64,000 nucleotides of DNA, from contig OZ219753.1 of NCBI GenBank assembly GCA_964291315.2, positions 544,001 to 608,000 on the forward strand. The letters are read 5' to 3'. The notes below the pieces were generated by a model. The model made no database searches, was not told the origin of the DNA, and saw nothing but the letters and a program-made list of their open reading frames with translations. The position numbers and the translations under genes were made by a program. Numbering within the stretch: position 1 is the stretch's first letter; every line of letters begins with the position of its first letter. The DNA comes from Candidatus Poribacteria bacterium. Its GTDB lineage: Bacteria; Poribacteria; WGA-4E; WGA-3G. Of this stretch, positions 37,495-47,613 are shown piece after piece.

Positions 37495-38958
37495 TTGGCG
37501 GCAAATATTGGACTCATCGGATTAGCAGTGATGGGCGAAAACCTTGTACTAAACATGGAGAGCAAAGGTTTTGAAGTAGCGGTCTTTAATCGGACTATTT
37601 CACGCGTCGACGCCTTCATATGCGGGGCTGCGAGGGGGAAAAAAGTAGTAGGGGCACACTCCATTCCAGAGCTCATTGGGAAACTGGAAACCCCGAGAAA
37701 AATCATCTTGATGGTCAAAGCCGGAGAACCTGTTGACGCGTTTATTGCGCAATTAGTTCCACACCTCTCAAAGGGTGATCTTATTATCGACGGTGGGAAC
37801 TCCAACTTCAGGGACACCGTCCGTCGGCATGCTCAGTTAACCGAGCAGGATATTTTGTTCATCGGCACGGGCATTTCCGGTGGGGAAGAAGGTGCTCTGA
37901 AGGGACCGGCCATGATGCCTGGGGGGTCAGCGGAGGCTTACGCCCTTGTAGAACCGATCTTCACGAAGATTGCAGCAGAAGTAGAAGGCACGCCCTGCTG
38001 TTCCTACATCGGCCCGGACGGGGCGGGGCATTATGTTAAGATGGTGCATAACGGCATCGAATACGGGGACATGCAGCTCATCTGTGAGGCCTACTCGTTG
38101 ATGAAAAGTGTCCTCGGGATGAGTGCCGAGGAGGTGCATAAGGTCTTCAGCGAATGGAATCGCGGCGAACTAAACTCGTATCTCATTGAAATTACGGCTG
38201 ACATTTTCACACAAATCGATAGTGGTGGGATGCCTTTGGTGGATGTCGTTCTAGATCAGGCAGGTCAAAAAGGGACTGGTAAATGGACGAGCATTTCGGC
38301 ACTTGACCTCGGTATATCGGCACCGACTATCGCAGAAGCGGTTTTTGCGAGATGTATCTCGGCAATAAAAGACGAGCGGGTTGCAGCGGAACGGGTTATC
38401 CGGGGCCCCTCCGGTACATACAGAGGGAGCCGAGGGGAAGCACTGCAAGCGATCCACGACGCTCTTTACGCTGCGAAGATCTGCTCTTATGCTCAAGGGT
38501 TCGCCCTAATGCGAGAAGCGAGCGAAACGTTCGAATGGAATTTGGATCTCGGCCAGATCGGACTCGGCTGGCGAGGCGGATGTATCATCCGGGCGAAATT
38601 TCTACATCGGATTGCAGAGGCGTTTGAACGCAACCCAGCCCTGCCGAATTTATTACTCGATTCGTATTTTCGAGAAGTGATCGAAGCAGCACAACCCAAC
38701 TGGCGACGTGTTATCAGCACGGCCACGGAACTCGGTGTCCCAATTCCAGCATTCAGCTCGGCTCTAGCATATTTTGATAGCTATCGGAGCGGGAGACTCT
38801 CTGCCAATCTAATTCAAGCGATGCGTGACTATTTCGGCGCACACACTTATCATAAATTAGACGCAGACGGCAACGTAATCCTCGGAAAAGACCGACAACC
38901 GACAGTGTTCCATACCGAATGGATGCTCAAGGGTCGCCCAGAAGTTATTGTTAACTAA
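37495..38958 (+). CDS. gnd: NADP-dependent 6-phosphogluconate dehydrogenase (decarboxylating)
   Basis: GLAVMG, DGGNS, SGGEEGA, KMVHNGIEYGDMQ, QKGTGKWT, RDYFGAH. Confidence 0.97.
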   Translation: MAANIGLIGLAVMGENLVLNMESKGFEVAVFNRTISRVDAFICGAARGKKVVGAHSIPELIGKLETPRKIILMVKAGEPVDAFIAQLVPHLSKGDLIIDGGNSNFRDTVRRHAQLTEQDILFIGTGISGGEEGALKGPAMMPGGSAEAYALVEPIFTKIAAEVEGTPCCSYIGPDGAGHYVKMVHNGIEYGDMQLICEAYSLMKSVLGMSAEEVHKVFSEWNRGELNSYLIEITADIFTQIDSGGMPLVDVVLDQAGQKGTGKWTSISALDLGISAPTIAEAVFARCISAIKDERVAAERVIRGPSGTYRGSRGEALQAIHDALYAAKICSYAQGFALMREASETFEWNLDLGQIGLGWRGGCIIRAKFLHRIAEAFERNPALPNLLLDSYFREVIEAAQPNWRRVISTATELGVPIPAFSSALAYFDSYRSGRLSANLIQAMRDYFGAHTYHKLDADGNVILGKDRQPTVFHTEWMLKGRPEVIVN

Positions 38959-38967
38959 GGAGAACAC

Positions 38968-39864
38968 ATGGATCAAAGACCACAACAAGCTTTACACGAT
39001 TTTCAACCGCAACATGAGTTTTTCGTCGGAATTGATTCGGACGGTTGTGTCTTCAACAGTATGGAGGTCAAACATAACGACTGCTTCAGCGTGAACCTTG
39101 TCAAGCATTTCGGCTTAGCATCTATCTCACGGCAAGTTCATCAGGCATGGGACTTCGTGAATCTCTACTCAACAACGCGCGGGACCAACCGGTTTAAAGC
39201 AATTCTGCTGGTATGCGATTTCTTACGTGAGATGCCGCTTGTGCAGAACATGGGTGTTGCGGTGCCAGAATTGCGTCATTTAAGGATTTGGTCTGAAACT
39301 GAAACGAAACTTGGAAATCCGGCGCTACAGGTGGCGATTGACAATGCCGCAGGTGAGCGGCGTGATGAACTGAGTCAAGTTATGAAATGGAGCCTTGGTG
39401 TGAATGAAAGCGTTGCAGAGATTGTTTATAATCTGCCCCCATTTCCCGGTGTGCCGGAGGCACTACAACGGCTCCAGAACAAGGCGGATGTTATTGTTGT
39501 ATCTGCAACGCCCGATGAGGCGCTGCAACGGGAATGGGCGGAACACAAGATTGATGCTTATGTTACGGTGATCGCCGGACAAGAGATGGGAACGAAAACG
39601 GAACATCTTACCATAACAACGAAGGACAGATATGCGGAGAACTGTGTTCTCATGATCGGGGATTCTCCCGGCGACCTGAAAGCTGCACGAGATGTCGGAT
39701 CCCTATTTTTCCCTATTAACCCGGGTGCCGAGGACGCATCGTGGCAACTTTTCCTCAACGAAGCGATGGAAAAATTTCTTAAGGGCGAATACACTGGTAC
39801 TTACGAATTGGAATTGATTGACCAATTCCAAGAATTGTTGCCTGCCACACCGCCTTGGCAGTAA
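38968..39864 (+). CDS. HAD-superfamily hydrolase
   Basis: DSDG motif I, VVSAT motif II, MIGDSPGD motif IV. Confidence 0.85.
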   Translation: MDQRPQQALHDFQPQHEFFVGIDSDGCVFNSMEVKHNDCFSVNLVKHFGLASISRQVHQAWDFVNLYSTTRGTNRFKAILLVCDFLREMPLVQNMGVAVPELRHLRIWSETETKLGNPALQVAIDNAAGERRDELSQVMKWSLGVNESVAEIVYNLPPFPGVPEALQRLQNKADVIVVSATPDEALQREWAEHKIDAYVTVIAGQEMGTKTEHLTITTKDRYAENCVLMIGDSPGDLKAARDVGSLFFPINPGAEDASWQLFLNEAMEKFLKGEYTGTYELELIDQFQELLPATPPWQ

Positions 39865-39883
39865 TTCGTGCTGTATTGCTGCC

Positions 39884-39904
39884 AAACTAACAGTTTATGC
39901 TACA
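39884..39904 (+). repeat. partial REP-like copy
   Basis: aaactaacagtttatgctaca, same family as 27265-27285 and 28679-28701. Confidence 0.5.
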
Positions 39905-39979
39905 TGCCCAGCACTGTGTTATCCTTCCACTAACCACCAAAGTGACTTTAGTTCACATCATGAAAGGATTCTGTAGTTT

Positions 39980-40927
39980 ATGAAAATTTTACTTCAAGGA
40001 AGTATTGAAGGCGCACTTCTCGAAAGATTGGAAAACATCATTGGCGATAAACATACCTATGTTGTTCCGAGCTCACGGGCGGAACTCATTGAAGAAGGGA
40101 AAGACGCGGACATCTTCTTCGGCTACTGCAGCGAAGATATTTTCCCGCATCTGCCCAATATTAAGTGGGTTCAGGCCTCCAGCGCCGGTATGGACCGACA
40201 CATGTATCCTGCGATGCGTGAGAGCGATGTGATTCTGACGAATGCTGCAGGACTCTACGCAAAGCATGTTGCTGATCAAGCCTTCGCGCTTTTGCTGGGT
40301 TTGGCGCGCGGTATCCACGACTCTGTGCGTAACCAAGACAAACATCAGTGGGGGCGCGGCAAGTCTCCGATGATTGAGATCGATGGGTTCAAGATTGGGA
40401 TCGTCGGCATGGGCGGTATCGGGATGGAAATGGCAAAACGTGCAAAAGGGTTTGACATGCAGGTGATGGCTGTGGATGCCTACCGCACGGATAGACCTGC
40501 AAACGTGGATGAACTGATGCCGATGAATCACCTCTCAAATATGATGAGTCAGGTGGATGTTGTCATGGTTGCGTGTCCGTTGACAGAAGAAACACGCGGC
40601 TTGATTAATAAGGTTAATCTCTCGGTGATGCAGCCGACAGCGTTTTTTATTAATGTTGCGCGCGGCCCGATCGTCAATGAGCCTGATCTTATTGAGATTC
40701 TGCAAGCCGGTAAAATTGCGGCTGCGGGTTTGGACGTTACTGAAGTAGAACCGCTCCCCACAGACAGTCCGTTGTGGGACTTTGATAACGTTATCATTTC
40801 GCCGCACTCCGCAGGCGGATCTCAACACAGGATGCGCCGCGTGACGGAGTTCTTCTTGGACAACTTGGAACGGTATCTGAAGGGCGGAGAACTGAAAAAC
40901 GTTGTGAACAAGCAACTCGGTTTTTAA
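39980..40927 (+). CDS. D-2-hydroxyacid dehydrogenase
   Basis: GMGGIG, PLTEETRG, INVARG, GLDV…EP, SPHSAG. Confidence 0.92.
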   Translation: MKILLQGSIEGALLERLENIIGDKHTYVVPSSRAELIEEGKDADIFFGYCSEDIFPHLPNIKWVQASSAGMDRHMYPAMRESDVILTNAAGLYAKHVADQAFALLLGLARGIHDSVRNQDKHQWGRGKSPMIEIDGFKIGIVGMGGIGMEMAKRAKGFDMQVMAVDAYRTDRPANVDELMPMNHLSNMMSQVDVVMVACPLTEETRGLINKVNLSVMQPTAFFINVARGPIVNEPDLIEILQAGKIAAAGLDVTEVEPLPTDSPLWDFDNVIISPHSAGGSQHRMRRVTEFFLDNLERYLKGGELKNVVNKQLGF

Positions 40928-41061
40928 CAAAAATATTCGATCTACACATATGTAAATCTAATGTGGGGTATCGCGCCTAGCGGAAAGGGAAATACTGCTG
41001 GAAAAATGGAACGGGTATAAGGTTTTTGGGAAAAGGAAATTTAGAATTACAGAGATTTTAC

Positions 41062-41090
41062 TTGACTTTTGCCTTAAAATATGCTATAAT
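41062..41090 (+). promoter_or_regulatory. sigma70-type promoter
   Basis: TTGACT-17 nt-TATAAT with TG extension. Confidence 0.65.
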
Positions 41091-41170
41091 GCAGAGAAAC
41101 TTAACAGGGTTTTATAGGTTTCTGTTGACTTTTCATAAATCTACAATTTTTCTATAAAAAGGAGACAATA

Positions 41171-43234
41171 ATGTTAACAATAGTTTCTCTTCAACACGCA
41201 GAACGGCGCTTGACCCCGTTAGAAATTAAACGCCAGCACATCAAGATTGATGTTAAAAACCAACTCGCTACAACACAAGTAGACCAGATTTTCGTTAATC
41301 CAAACCCTTTTGAAGTTAAGGGGATGTATCTCTTCCCGGTACCAGATAATGCGGTAGTTTCAAATCTCGCGCTGTCTGTTGATGGAAAGTCGATGAGTGG
41401 AGAGCTTCTCTCCGCAGCAGAATCGCGCAGAATGTATCAGAACAGTGCACATTACGGGGATAACCGGGCGATTTTGGAGCATATAGGCACGCGGGCATTT
41501 GCAGCACGCGTGTCGGAAATTCCAGCAAACGCGGTCCGGAACATCCGTTTTGAGTACTCTCAGGTTGTCCCTGTAGATAGCGATCTGGCCAAGTATACCT
41601 ATCCATTGGCGCTTGCAAAATCTGCATCTGGGCTGATCGCAGAGCTCCGTATCGAAATGGAGATTGAAAGCAGCGATGCACTTAAAACAGTTTTTTCACC
41701 GTCACACGACATCGTTTCTACACGCAAGGGAGATCGCCAGGTTCACGTCAGTTATGTAGATAAAAATGTAGACCCGGACGACAATTTTCACTGTTACATT
41801 TCTACTTCAAACAAGGATTTTGGAATCACTTTACTCACGCACCGCGCCGAGGAGAACGAAGATGGATATTTTATGCTCGTCATCTCCCCCAAGTATGAGG
41901 TGAAGAAAACGGATATTGTCGAGAAGGATTTCATCTTCGTTCTGGATCGTTCCGGCAGCATGGCAGATCGGAAAGTTGAACAAGCAAAGGAAGCCCTCCG
42001 CTATTGTGTACGGAATTTGAACGACGGTGATCGTTTCAACTTAATCCTATTTAACGAGGGCATTACAACGTTAGCTGATAGGTTGAGCAGAGGCGAGGAG
42101 TGGTTCGATGGCGAGCGCTGGCCAGATTCTACCGCTCTATCTCACAAGCTGCTTGATGTGAAGGATGGTCGTGACAAAGCCCTTGCGTTCATTGAGGATA
42201 TTTACGGTCGGGGAGGGACAAATATCAATGACGCGTTACTCACAGCGTTACGGGAGAGCCCGGATCCGAATCGTCCTCGGACGGTTGTTTTTCTTACAGA
42301 TGGCCAACAGACAGTCGGTACAAGGAATCCCGCGCGGATCCTTGAAAATGTAGCGAAAGCGAACGAAAGGCAATCTCGTATTTTCGTTTTCGGCGTGGGG
42401 TACGATGTCAACGATCATTTGCTTGATAAATTAGCAGCGGATAATCGGGGTTCACGTAACTATGTAACGCCGGATGAAGACATTGAGGTCGCTGTGTCGA
42501 CGCTCTTCAGAAAAATGAATGAGCCGGTGTTGGTGGATGTAAGTCTCGATTTCGGACACGTTCTGACGAAGGATATGTCGCCCCGTAAACTTCCAGACTT
42601 GTTTCGTGAGGAGCAGCTCACTCTTCTTGGTCGCTATGAAGGGCATGGTGACACCCGACTGACAGTTGCTGGAATAGTTGGTAAAGAGCGGCAGGAGTTC
42701 TCTGAAAGTGTTCATTTCTCGAAGCTTGAGTCGGACAACGATTTCTTACCGCATCTCTGGGCGCAGCGTAGAATTGCGGAATTGGTGGATGAAGCTGCGC
42801 TGAGCGGTGGGAGTGAAGAACTGGAGAAAGAGATTGAGCGTATCAGCACAGAGTACGGTGTACTAACGCCTCATACATCATTCGTTACGGGGGACGACGG
42901 TTCACGCCGGTATATGTCGCGTATACGAGATGCCTACTATGAGGCACCTATCAATAGGCGGATTGAGCATACGAGGGAAATAGAATCAAGAAAATCTGCT
43001 TTGCATATGCAGCAGTATGATGATACGAAATATATCGCGGGCAAGGCTTTTCACTATTGGAACGGTATATGGGTAGATAACCAGTACGACGGGAAATCGA
43101 AACGACAGAAAGTTGTGCTTGGCAGCGATGCGTATGATCACTTGATAGAAGGTTTTCCAGAATTGAGAAAATACGTAAGGCTGGGTTCGGTGATAATCTG
43201 CTACAAAGGTGTGAACTATGAAATTACGGGGTAG
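41171..43234 (+). CDS. VIT and vWA domain protein
   Basis: N-terminal VIT (QIFVNP…YLFPVP); MIDAS DRSGSM…GGTN…LTDG…GVG. Confidence 0.9.
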   Translation: MLTIVSLQHAERRLTPLEIKRQHIKIDVKNQLATTQVDQIFVNPNPFEVKGMYLFPVPDNAVVSNLALSVDGKSMSGELLSAAESRRMYQNSAHYGDNRAILEHIGTRAFAARVSEIPANAVRNIRFEYSQVVPVDSDLAKYTYPLALAKSASGLIAELRIEMEIESSDALKTVFSPSHDIVSTRKGDRQVHVSYVDKNVDPDDNFHCYISTSNKDFGITLLTHRAEENEDGYFMLVISPKYEVKKTDIVEKDFIFVLDRSGSMADRKVEQAKEALRYCVRNLNDGDRFNLILFNEGITTLADRLSRGEEWFDGERWPDSTALSHKLLDVKDGRDKALAFIEDIYGRGGTNINDALLTALRESPDPNRPRTVVFLTDGQQTVGTRNPARILENVAKANERQSRIFVFGVGYDVNDHLLDKLAADNRGSRNYVTPDEDIEVAVSTLFRKMNEPVLVDVSLDFGHVLTKDMSPRKLPDLFREEQLTLLGRYEGHGDTRLTVAGIVGKERQEFSESVHFSKLESDNDFLPHLWAQRRIAELVDEAALSGGSEELEKEIERISTEYGVLTPHTSFVTGDDGSRRYMSRIRDAYYEAPINRRIEHTREIESRKSALHMQQYDDTKYIAGKAFHYWNGIWVDNQYDGKSKRQKVVLGSDAYDHLIEGFPELRKYVRLGSVIICYKGVNYEITG

Positions 43235-43276
43235 AGCGTACAAACCTCTTATCAATTTAGATAGACACCGATATTC

Positions 43277-43304
43277 AAACCCCCTTCATTAAAGGGGGTT
43301 TATT
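43277..43304 (+). terminator. intrinsic terminator
   Basis: aaaccccctt-catta-aagggggttt followed by att. Confidence 0.65.
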
Positions 43305-43553
43305 GCTATGCGGTGTGTTCAGAGTTAGTTGGTTTACAACAATTATGAGAAGCCTGGGCGTTTGAATATGAGATCATTCCTTTAGATGGATTCTAAGGTC
43401 AGGCGGGGAGACATCATGAAAATCACGTCTGTTAGTTAAATGGAGAGCGGTGTTATAGGTGAACTGAATGGCGCCTAAGCATCTCCAATATTCAGTTGGC
43501 GTTTGCTGGATAGATGTGGTATAGTTTCTAAGGAAATGTTGTTAGGACACTCA

Positions 43554-43709
43554 ATGATTCAGAACGGTCAAGAACTTGAGGCAACGTTAGCATGCATTCG
43601 TCACTTTCAAAGGCAGGTCGGAAAACTGTGAGAGGTTGAAACTGATCCGCGAAATTATCGCTTGTCGGTCGGAGGTTTTCTTGCCCATGGAGACCTTGCC
43701 TACGTGTGA
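43554..43709 (+). pseudogene. remnant of a small helical (antitoxin-like) gene
   Basis: MIQNGQELEATLACIRHFQRQVGKL-TGA-EVETDPRNYRLSVGGFLA; internal TGA at 43629; family resemblance recalled, not searched. Confidence 0.4.
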
Positions 43710-43738
43710 AGTGGACGCGAAAACGATGGAGAACCTTT

Positions 43739-45421
43739 ATGAAAATCACGCCTGTTAAAGGGAGAGCGATGCTGCACTGGGTCGGCAAACGCCCTATCGA
43801 CGCAGTCAACGCCTATCCCGCACAACTCATAGAAACCTATAACGTTGAAAATCCAGAGAAAGAGCCGACTTACAATAAATTTTTGGAAGGCCCCAACCTG
43901 ATTTTTCACGGAGATAACAAGGAGATCCTCTCCACACTTCTTGTGCAGGGTTTCCGTGGGAAGATAGACCTTATTTATATCGACCCTCCATTTGACAGTG
44001 GCGCGGATTACGTGCGAAGGGTGAAACTACGCGGCGGATAGAGGAACTTAGAAGGTGAAGGCCACACTGTTATTGAGCAAGCACAATACACCGACATCTG
44101 GGCAAATGACAATTACCTCCAATTTATGTATGAGAGGCTGATTTTGATGTACGAATTGCTATCAGATAAAGGTTCAATTTATCTACATTGTAATTATAAA
44201 AAGAGTCACTATCTAAAAGTCCTCATGGATGAGGTATTCGATAAAGATTTATTTCAAAATGAAATCATTTGGTACTACAAAAACGCTTCACGTGGTAAAA
44301 AGAGATTAGCCCATGCCCATGAGTCTGTTTTTTGGTATACCCGATCCCCGGAAGAATATATTTTCAACCGTGATGACATCTTAGTACCTTTTGAAAGTGG
44401 CATGACGGAATGGCGATACAGTAAGGGTGGGCAAGCAGGAAACGCCGTACCCAAAGGTAAAACCCCTGATGATGTTATCATTCTCCCTTCCCTTAACACT
44501 ATGGATGCAGAACGTTCCAACTACCCTACCCAGAAACCCGAAGCACTGATAGATCGTATTATCAAGGCATCAACTAACGAAGATTCCATTGTCCTCGACT
44601 GCTTTGCGGGAAGCGGCACAACCCCCGCTGTATCTGACAAACTCGGCAGACGCTGGATCGCCGCTGACCTCAATAAAGGCGCTATACAGACAACTCTCAA
44701 ACGAATACAAAATAGCAGCCACCAACCGCGCGGCATCGCACACTACCGCATCAATAACTACGATTTTCAGACCCAGCACGAACTCAGACAGATCCTCATC
44801 GCTAAATACGGCGTGCAAACCGACAGGAAAGCCGCCTTCTTTGATGGCACCCTGGATGGCACGCTGGTCAAAATCGCTGATCTCGGAAAACCGCTCACAC
44901 GCTTGGATATCCAGCTCATCAAAGACGAACTCCGAAACTCGCCAGACGAGACCCGCAACATCACAGTCTTGTGCAACGGCAGTGAAGTCGGCATACAAGC
45001 GGAGTTGGACAGAGCCAACCGGCACCGTCCGATTAACAAGATCATTGTTCGCGATATTCAACGCGAAGGTATCACGACCTATGCTCCAGCGGAAGCAGAG
45101 GTTAGCTTTGCGAGAGAGGGGCTCATCGTCAAGATTACGCTGTCAGATTACCTAAGTCCGAGTATCTTGGCACGGATGGAGATAGATCGCACTGTCTTTG
45201 ATGAACAGCTGGGTGACTTTCGGGCACAGATTGATTGTGTTCTGATTGACACAGACTACAGTGGTGAGCATTTCACAATTGTTGAGAGTGATGTGCCGGA
45301 GAGAAAGTCCGATTTTATTGAGGGGTGCTATACGGTAACACTTCCGCGCCCTGATGCCCGTGTTGCTATTAAGATTATTGACATGCTTGGTGAGGAGACA
45401 GTTATCGCTCAGTCTGTGTAA
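43739..45421 (+). pseudogene. type III R-M Mod-like adenine methyltransferase interrupted by an in-frame TAG at 44039-44041
   Basis: GDNKE…YIDPPF, then GG-TAG-RNLEGEGHTVIEQAQYTDIWANDNYLQFM in the same frame as the 44126 ORF (YPTQKP, DCFAGSGTT). Confidence 0.8.
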
Positions 45422-45526
45422 TAATCCGATGCTGCTGCGATTTGGGGCATCTGTCGGTTTTCTGTCTTGGCTCAGGTGCCCGGGAGCATCGAGGGGAAGG
45501 TAGATCAACAGTGCCTATCTTCGCGC

Positions 45527-46189
45527 CTACCTGCGTTCGATAGCATAGATAGAAACTTGCGGAGTTTTTTCGTTCAACCTAACAGGATGGATGGATTTTT
45601 GATAGGAGAAACCGTTGTCGTTGATCAGTTTGAAAAACCCGAGGGCATTGTTCCGATTCGGTTCGGAGAAGAGAGCGATACCGTTGGGGGCAAGATACGC
45701 TTGAAGTAAAGTTAAAATCGGCAACCAGTGAGATTCTTCATAAACAACATCGGCAGCGAGAATGTAAGAAAACTGACAATTGAAACAGGGATCACGCCAG
45801 TCCATTTGGACAAACTCGGCGCGTTTGCTAACACCGTTTTGACCTGCATTATGACGCGCGAAATGGAGAGCATCCTGTTCAACATCAATGAAAACAGCTC
45901 GGGCTCCCAGCTGACATGCGACAATTCCGGTGAGTCCGAACCCGCATCCGATTTCTAAGACCTGTGCGCTTTTTAACGACATCCCGATTTTCTCTATATG
46001 TTGGGCAAGTCCTAGGGAAGCCTCCCAGAGATAAGTCCAATACGGGAGATAAAGCTTGCTTTCGTTGTCTACTCGACTCAGTTGATCAAAAAACCAGTCG
46101 GGTTCTTCTATAAGCGTGAGGTGAACGTGACGGGTTTCCAAAACGATGGTAGTGGTAGTGAGTGGATAATTTTGCAGTCGGGTTTTCAT
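45527..46189 (-). CDS. class I SAM-dependent methyltransferase (protein-lysine MTase-like)
   Basis: PYWTYLWEAS, VLEIGCGFG, AADVVYE. Confidence 0.8.
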   Translation of the reverse strand: MKTRLQNYPLTTTTIVLETRHVHLTLIEEPDWFFDQLSRVDNESKLYLPYWTYLWEASLGLAQHIEKIGMSLKSAQVLEIGCGFGLTGIVACQLGARAVFIDVEQDALHFARHNAGQNGVSKRAEFVQMDWRDPCFNCQFSYILAADVVYEESHWLPILTLLQAYLAPNGIALFSEPNRNNALGFFKLINDNGFSYQKSIHPVRLNEKTPQVSIYAIERR

Positions 46190-46198
46190 CTGTAGGAT

Positions 46199-47233
46199 TC
46201 AACAGGCGTTGCTCCTAAAAAGTTTAGCGATTTCATCTGTCTCAAAAACAGGGAGCGGTTGTCTTATGCCGGTGGGACCCTCTAACCACAATCCGTGCTC
46301 GGGTGCCAAAAATTTTCCAATAATGTCGGCGTTGATATTAGCCGTGCGGAGGGCTCTGCAAATTGTTTCGCCTTTTTCGGGCTCTGCAGCAATTAACATG
46401 GCACCAGATGAAATAACACCGATCGGATTGATCTGGAACATATTACACAGTGTCCGCGTTATGTCGCTGTACATCCCTGGTGAGCGGAGAAGTTTTTCCG
46501 CATAGGCAACCACTCCTAGCTCGGCTGCAGTCGCCAACTCATAGATGGCTGTCGCGACACCGCCTTCTGTGACATCGTGCATAGCGTGTACGCCACCTGT
46601 AGAGACCGCAATCTGTGCATCCTTTAGTACAGAGATTCCCGGATCTATGAGGTAGTTCCTTGCTTGTTCTAAGAATCGGGTCCCACATTTTTCATATAAC
46701 TGTGCCTCACGCTCGCGGGCAATGATTGCGGTTGCTTCTATACCGAGGCCTTTTGTGAGAATTAATGAATCCCCGACACAAGCCTCTACTGAAGTGAACA
46801 AGGTATCTTTACAAGCAGTGCCCATCATCTGTCCTACGATAACCGGTTGCGTTACGGCTGGCGTAACTTCGGTATGTCCACCACAGAGCGCGATGTCAAA
46901 GGCTGTACATGCGTGTATGAGCTGGTCCATGATGTTTTGGATTGTTGCATGTGTGGTCGCGTTTTCGGGTAACAACAGGGTTACGAGCAGCCACTTTGGA
47001 ATTGCACCCATTGCTGCGATGTCGTTGCTATTAACGCATACAACATACCAACCGATATCTTCAGTCGCAAAGGTGATTGGATCACTGGTTGCAACGAGAT
47101 AGTTGTCTCCGAATTCGATGACTGCGGCATCCTCACCGATTTGGGCACCAACAATCACATCTGTACCGCTATTACATGTTGGCAGAAGCTGCCTTAAAAA
47201 ATCGTGTTTTAGTTTCCCAACCGGTAGATTCAT
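46199..47233 (-). CDS. AIR synthase-related protein (HypE/PurM-like fold)
   Basis: GEDAAV, SDPIT, NDIAAMGA, GGHTEVT, AMHDVTEGG. Confidence 0.85.
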   Translation of the reverse strand: MNLPVGKLKHDFLRQLLPTCNSGTDVIVGAQIGEDAAVIEFGDNYLVATSDPITFATEDIGWYVVCVNSNDIAAMGAIPKWLLVTLLLPENATTHATIQNIMDQLIHACTAFDIALCGGHTEVTPAVTQPVIVGQMMGTACKDTLFTSVEACVGDSLILTKGLGIEATAIIAREREAQLYEKCGTRFLEQARNYLIDPGISVLKDAQIAVSTGGVHAMHDVTEGGVATAIYELATAAELGVVAYAEKLLRSPGMYSDITRTLCNMFQINPIGVISSGAMLIAAEPEKGETICRALRTANINADIIGKFLAPEHGLWLEGPTGIRQPLPVFETDEIAKLFRSNAC

Positions 47234-47361
47234 GTGTTTCCCTTGGCGTTGCAGGCTTGAAAAAGGAGCGTTGAATTCGCCGCAAAATTTTTATGTATCG
47301 GCTCAGTCAGAGCACCTTCACATGTCACAGATTCCGTCTAACCCAATTTGGGTTGTTTTTA

Positions 47362-47390
47362 AGTATAGCATCTTATCGGGAAACTGTCAA
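47362..47390 (-). promoter_or_regulatory. sigma70-type promoter (leftward)
   Basis: Minus-strand TTGACA-17 nt-TATACT with TG extension. Confidence 0.65.
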
Positions 47391-47431
47391 CCCTTGAAGA
47401 CTAGACGATACTCCTTTGCCAAGCAAAAGAT

Positions 47432-47461
47432 TTGACATAGACACCACCGATTCAGTATAAT
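47432..47461 (+). promoter_or_regulatory. sigma70-type promoter (rightward)
   Basis: TTGACA-18 nt-TATAAT. Confidence 0.65.
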
Positions 47462-47613
47462 TAATGTGAGCTTGATAAATGTTTAGCTCCTCTTTGAATA
47501 AAGAGAAACTTTCGAGGTGCTGAATTGAAAAAATTGCCTACCTAGTTTTAAGGTGATCCTAGCAGAAGGCTTTTTCTGTTGCCTTCTATTCCGAGAGCTG
47601 CTATTCTACCTTC

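Noticed and set aside
43629-43631. Second selenocysteine codon
   Set aside because: Not in a redox motif, no clear SECIS, and best explained as CGA-to-TGA decay in a truncated gene
46199-47233. SelD selenophosphate synthetase supporting the selenoprotein
   Set aside because: Same fold superfamily, but it lacks the N-terminal Cys/Sec-x-x-Lys motif and DFF signature
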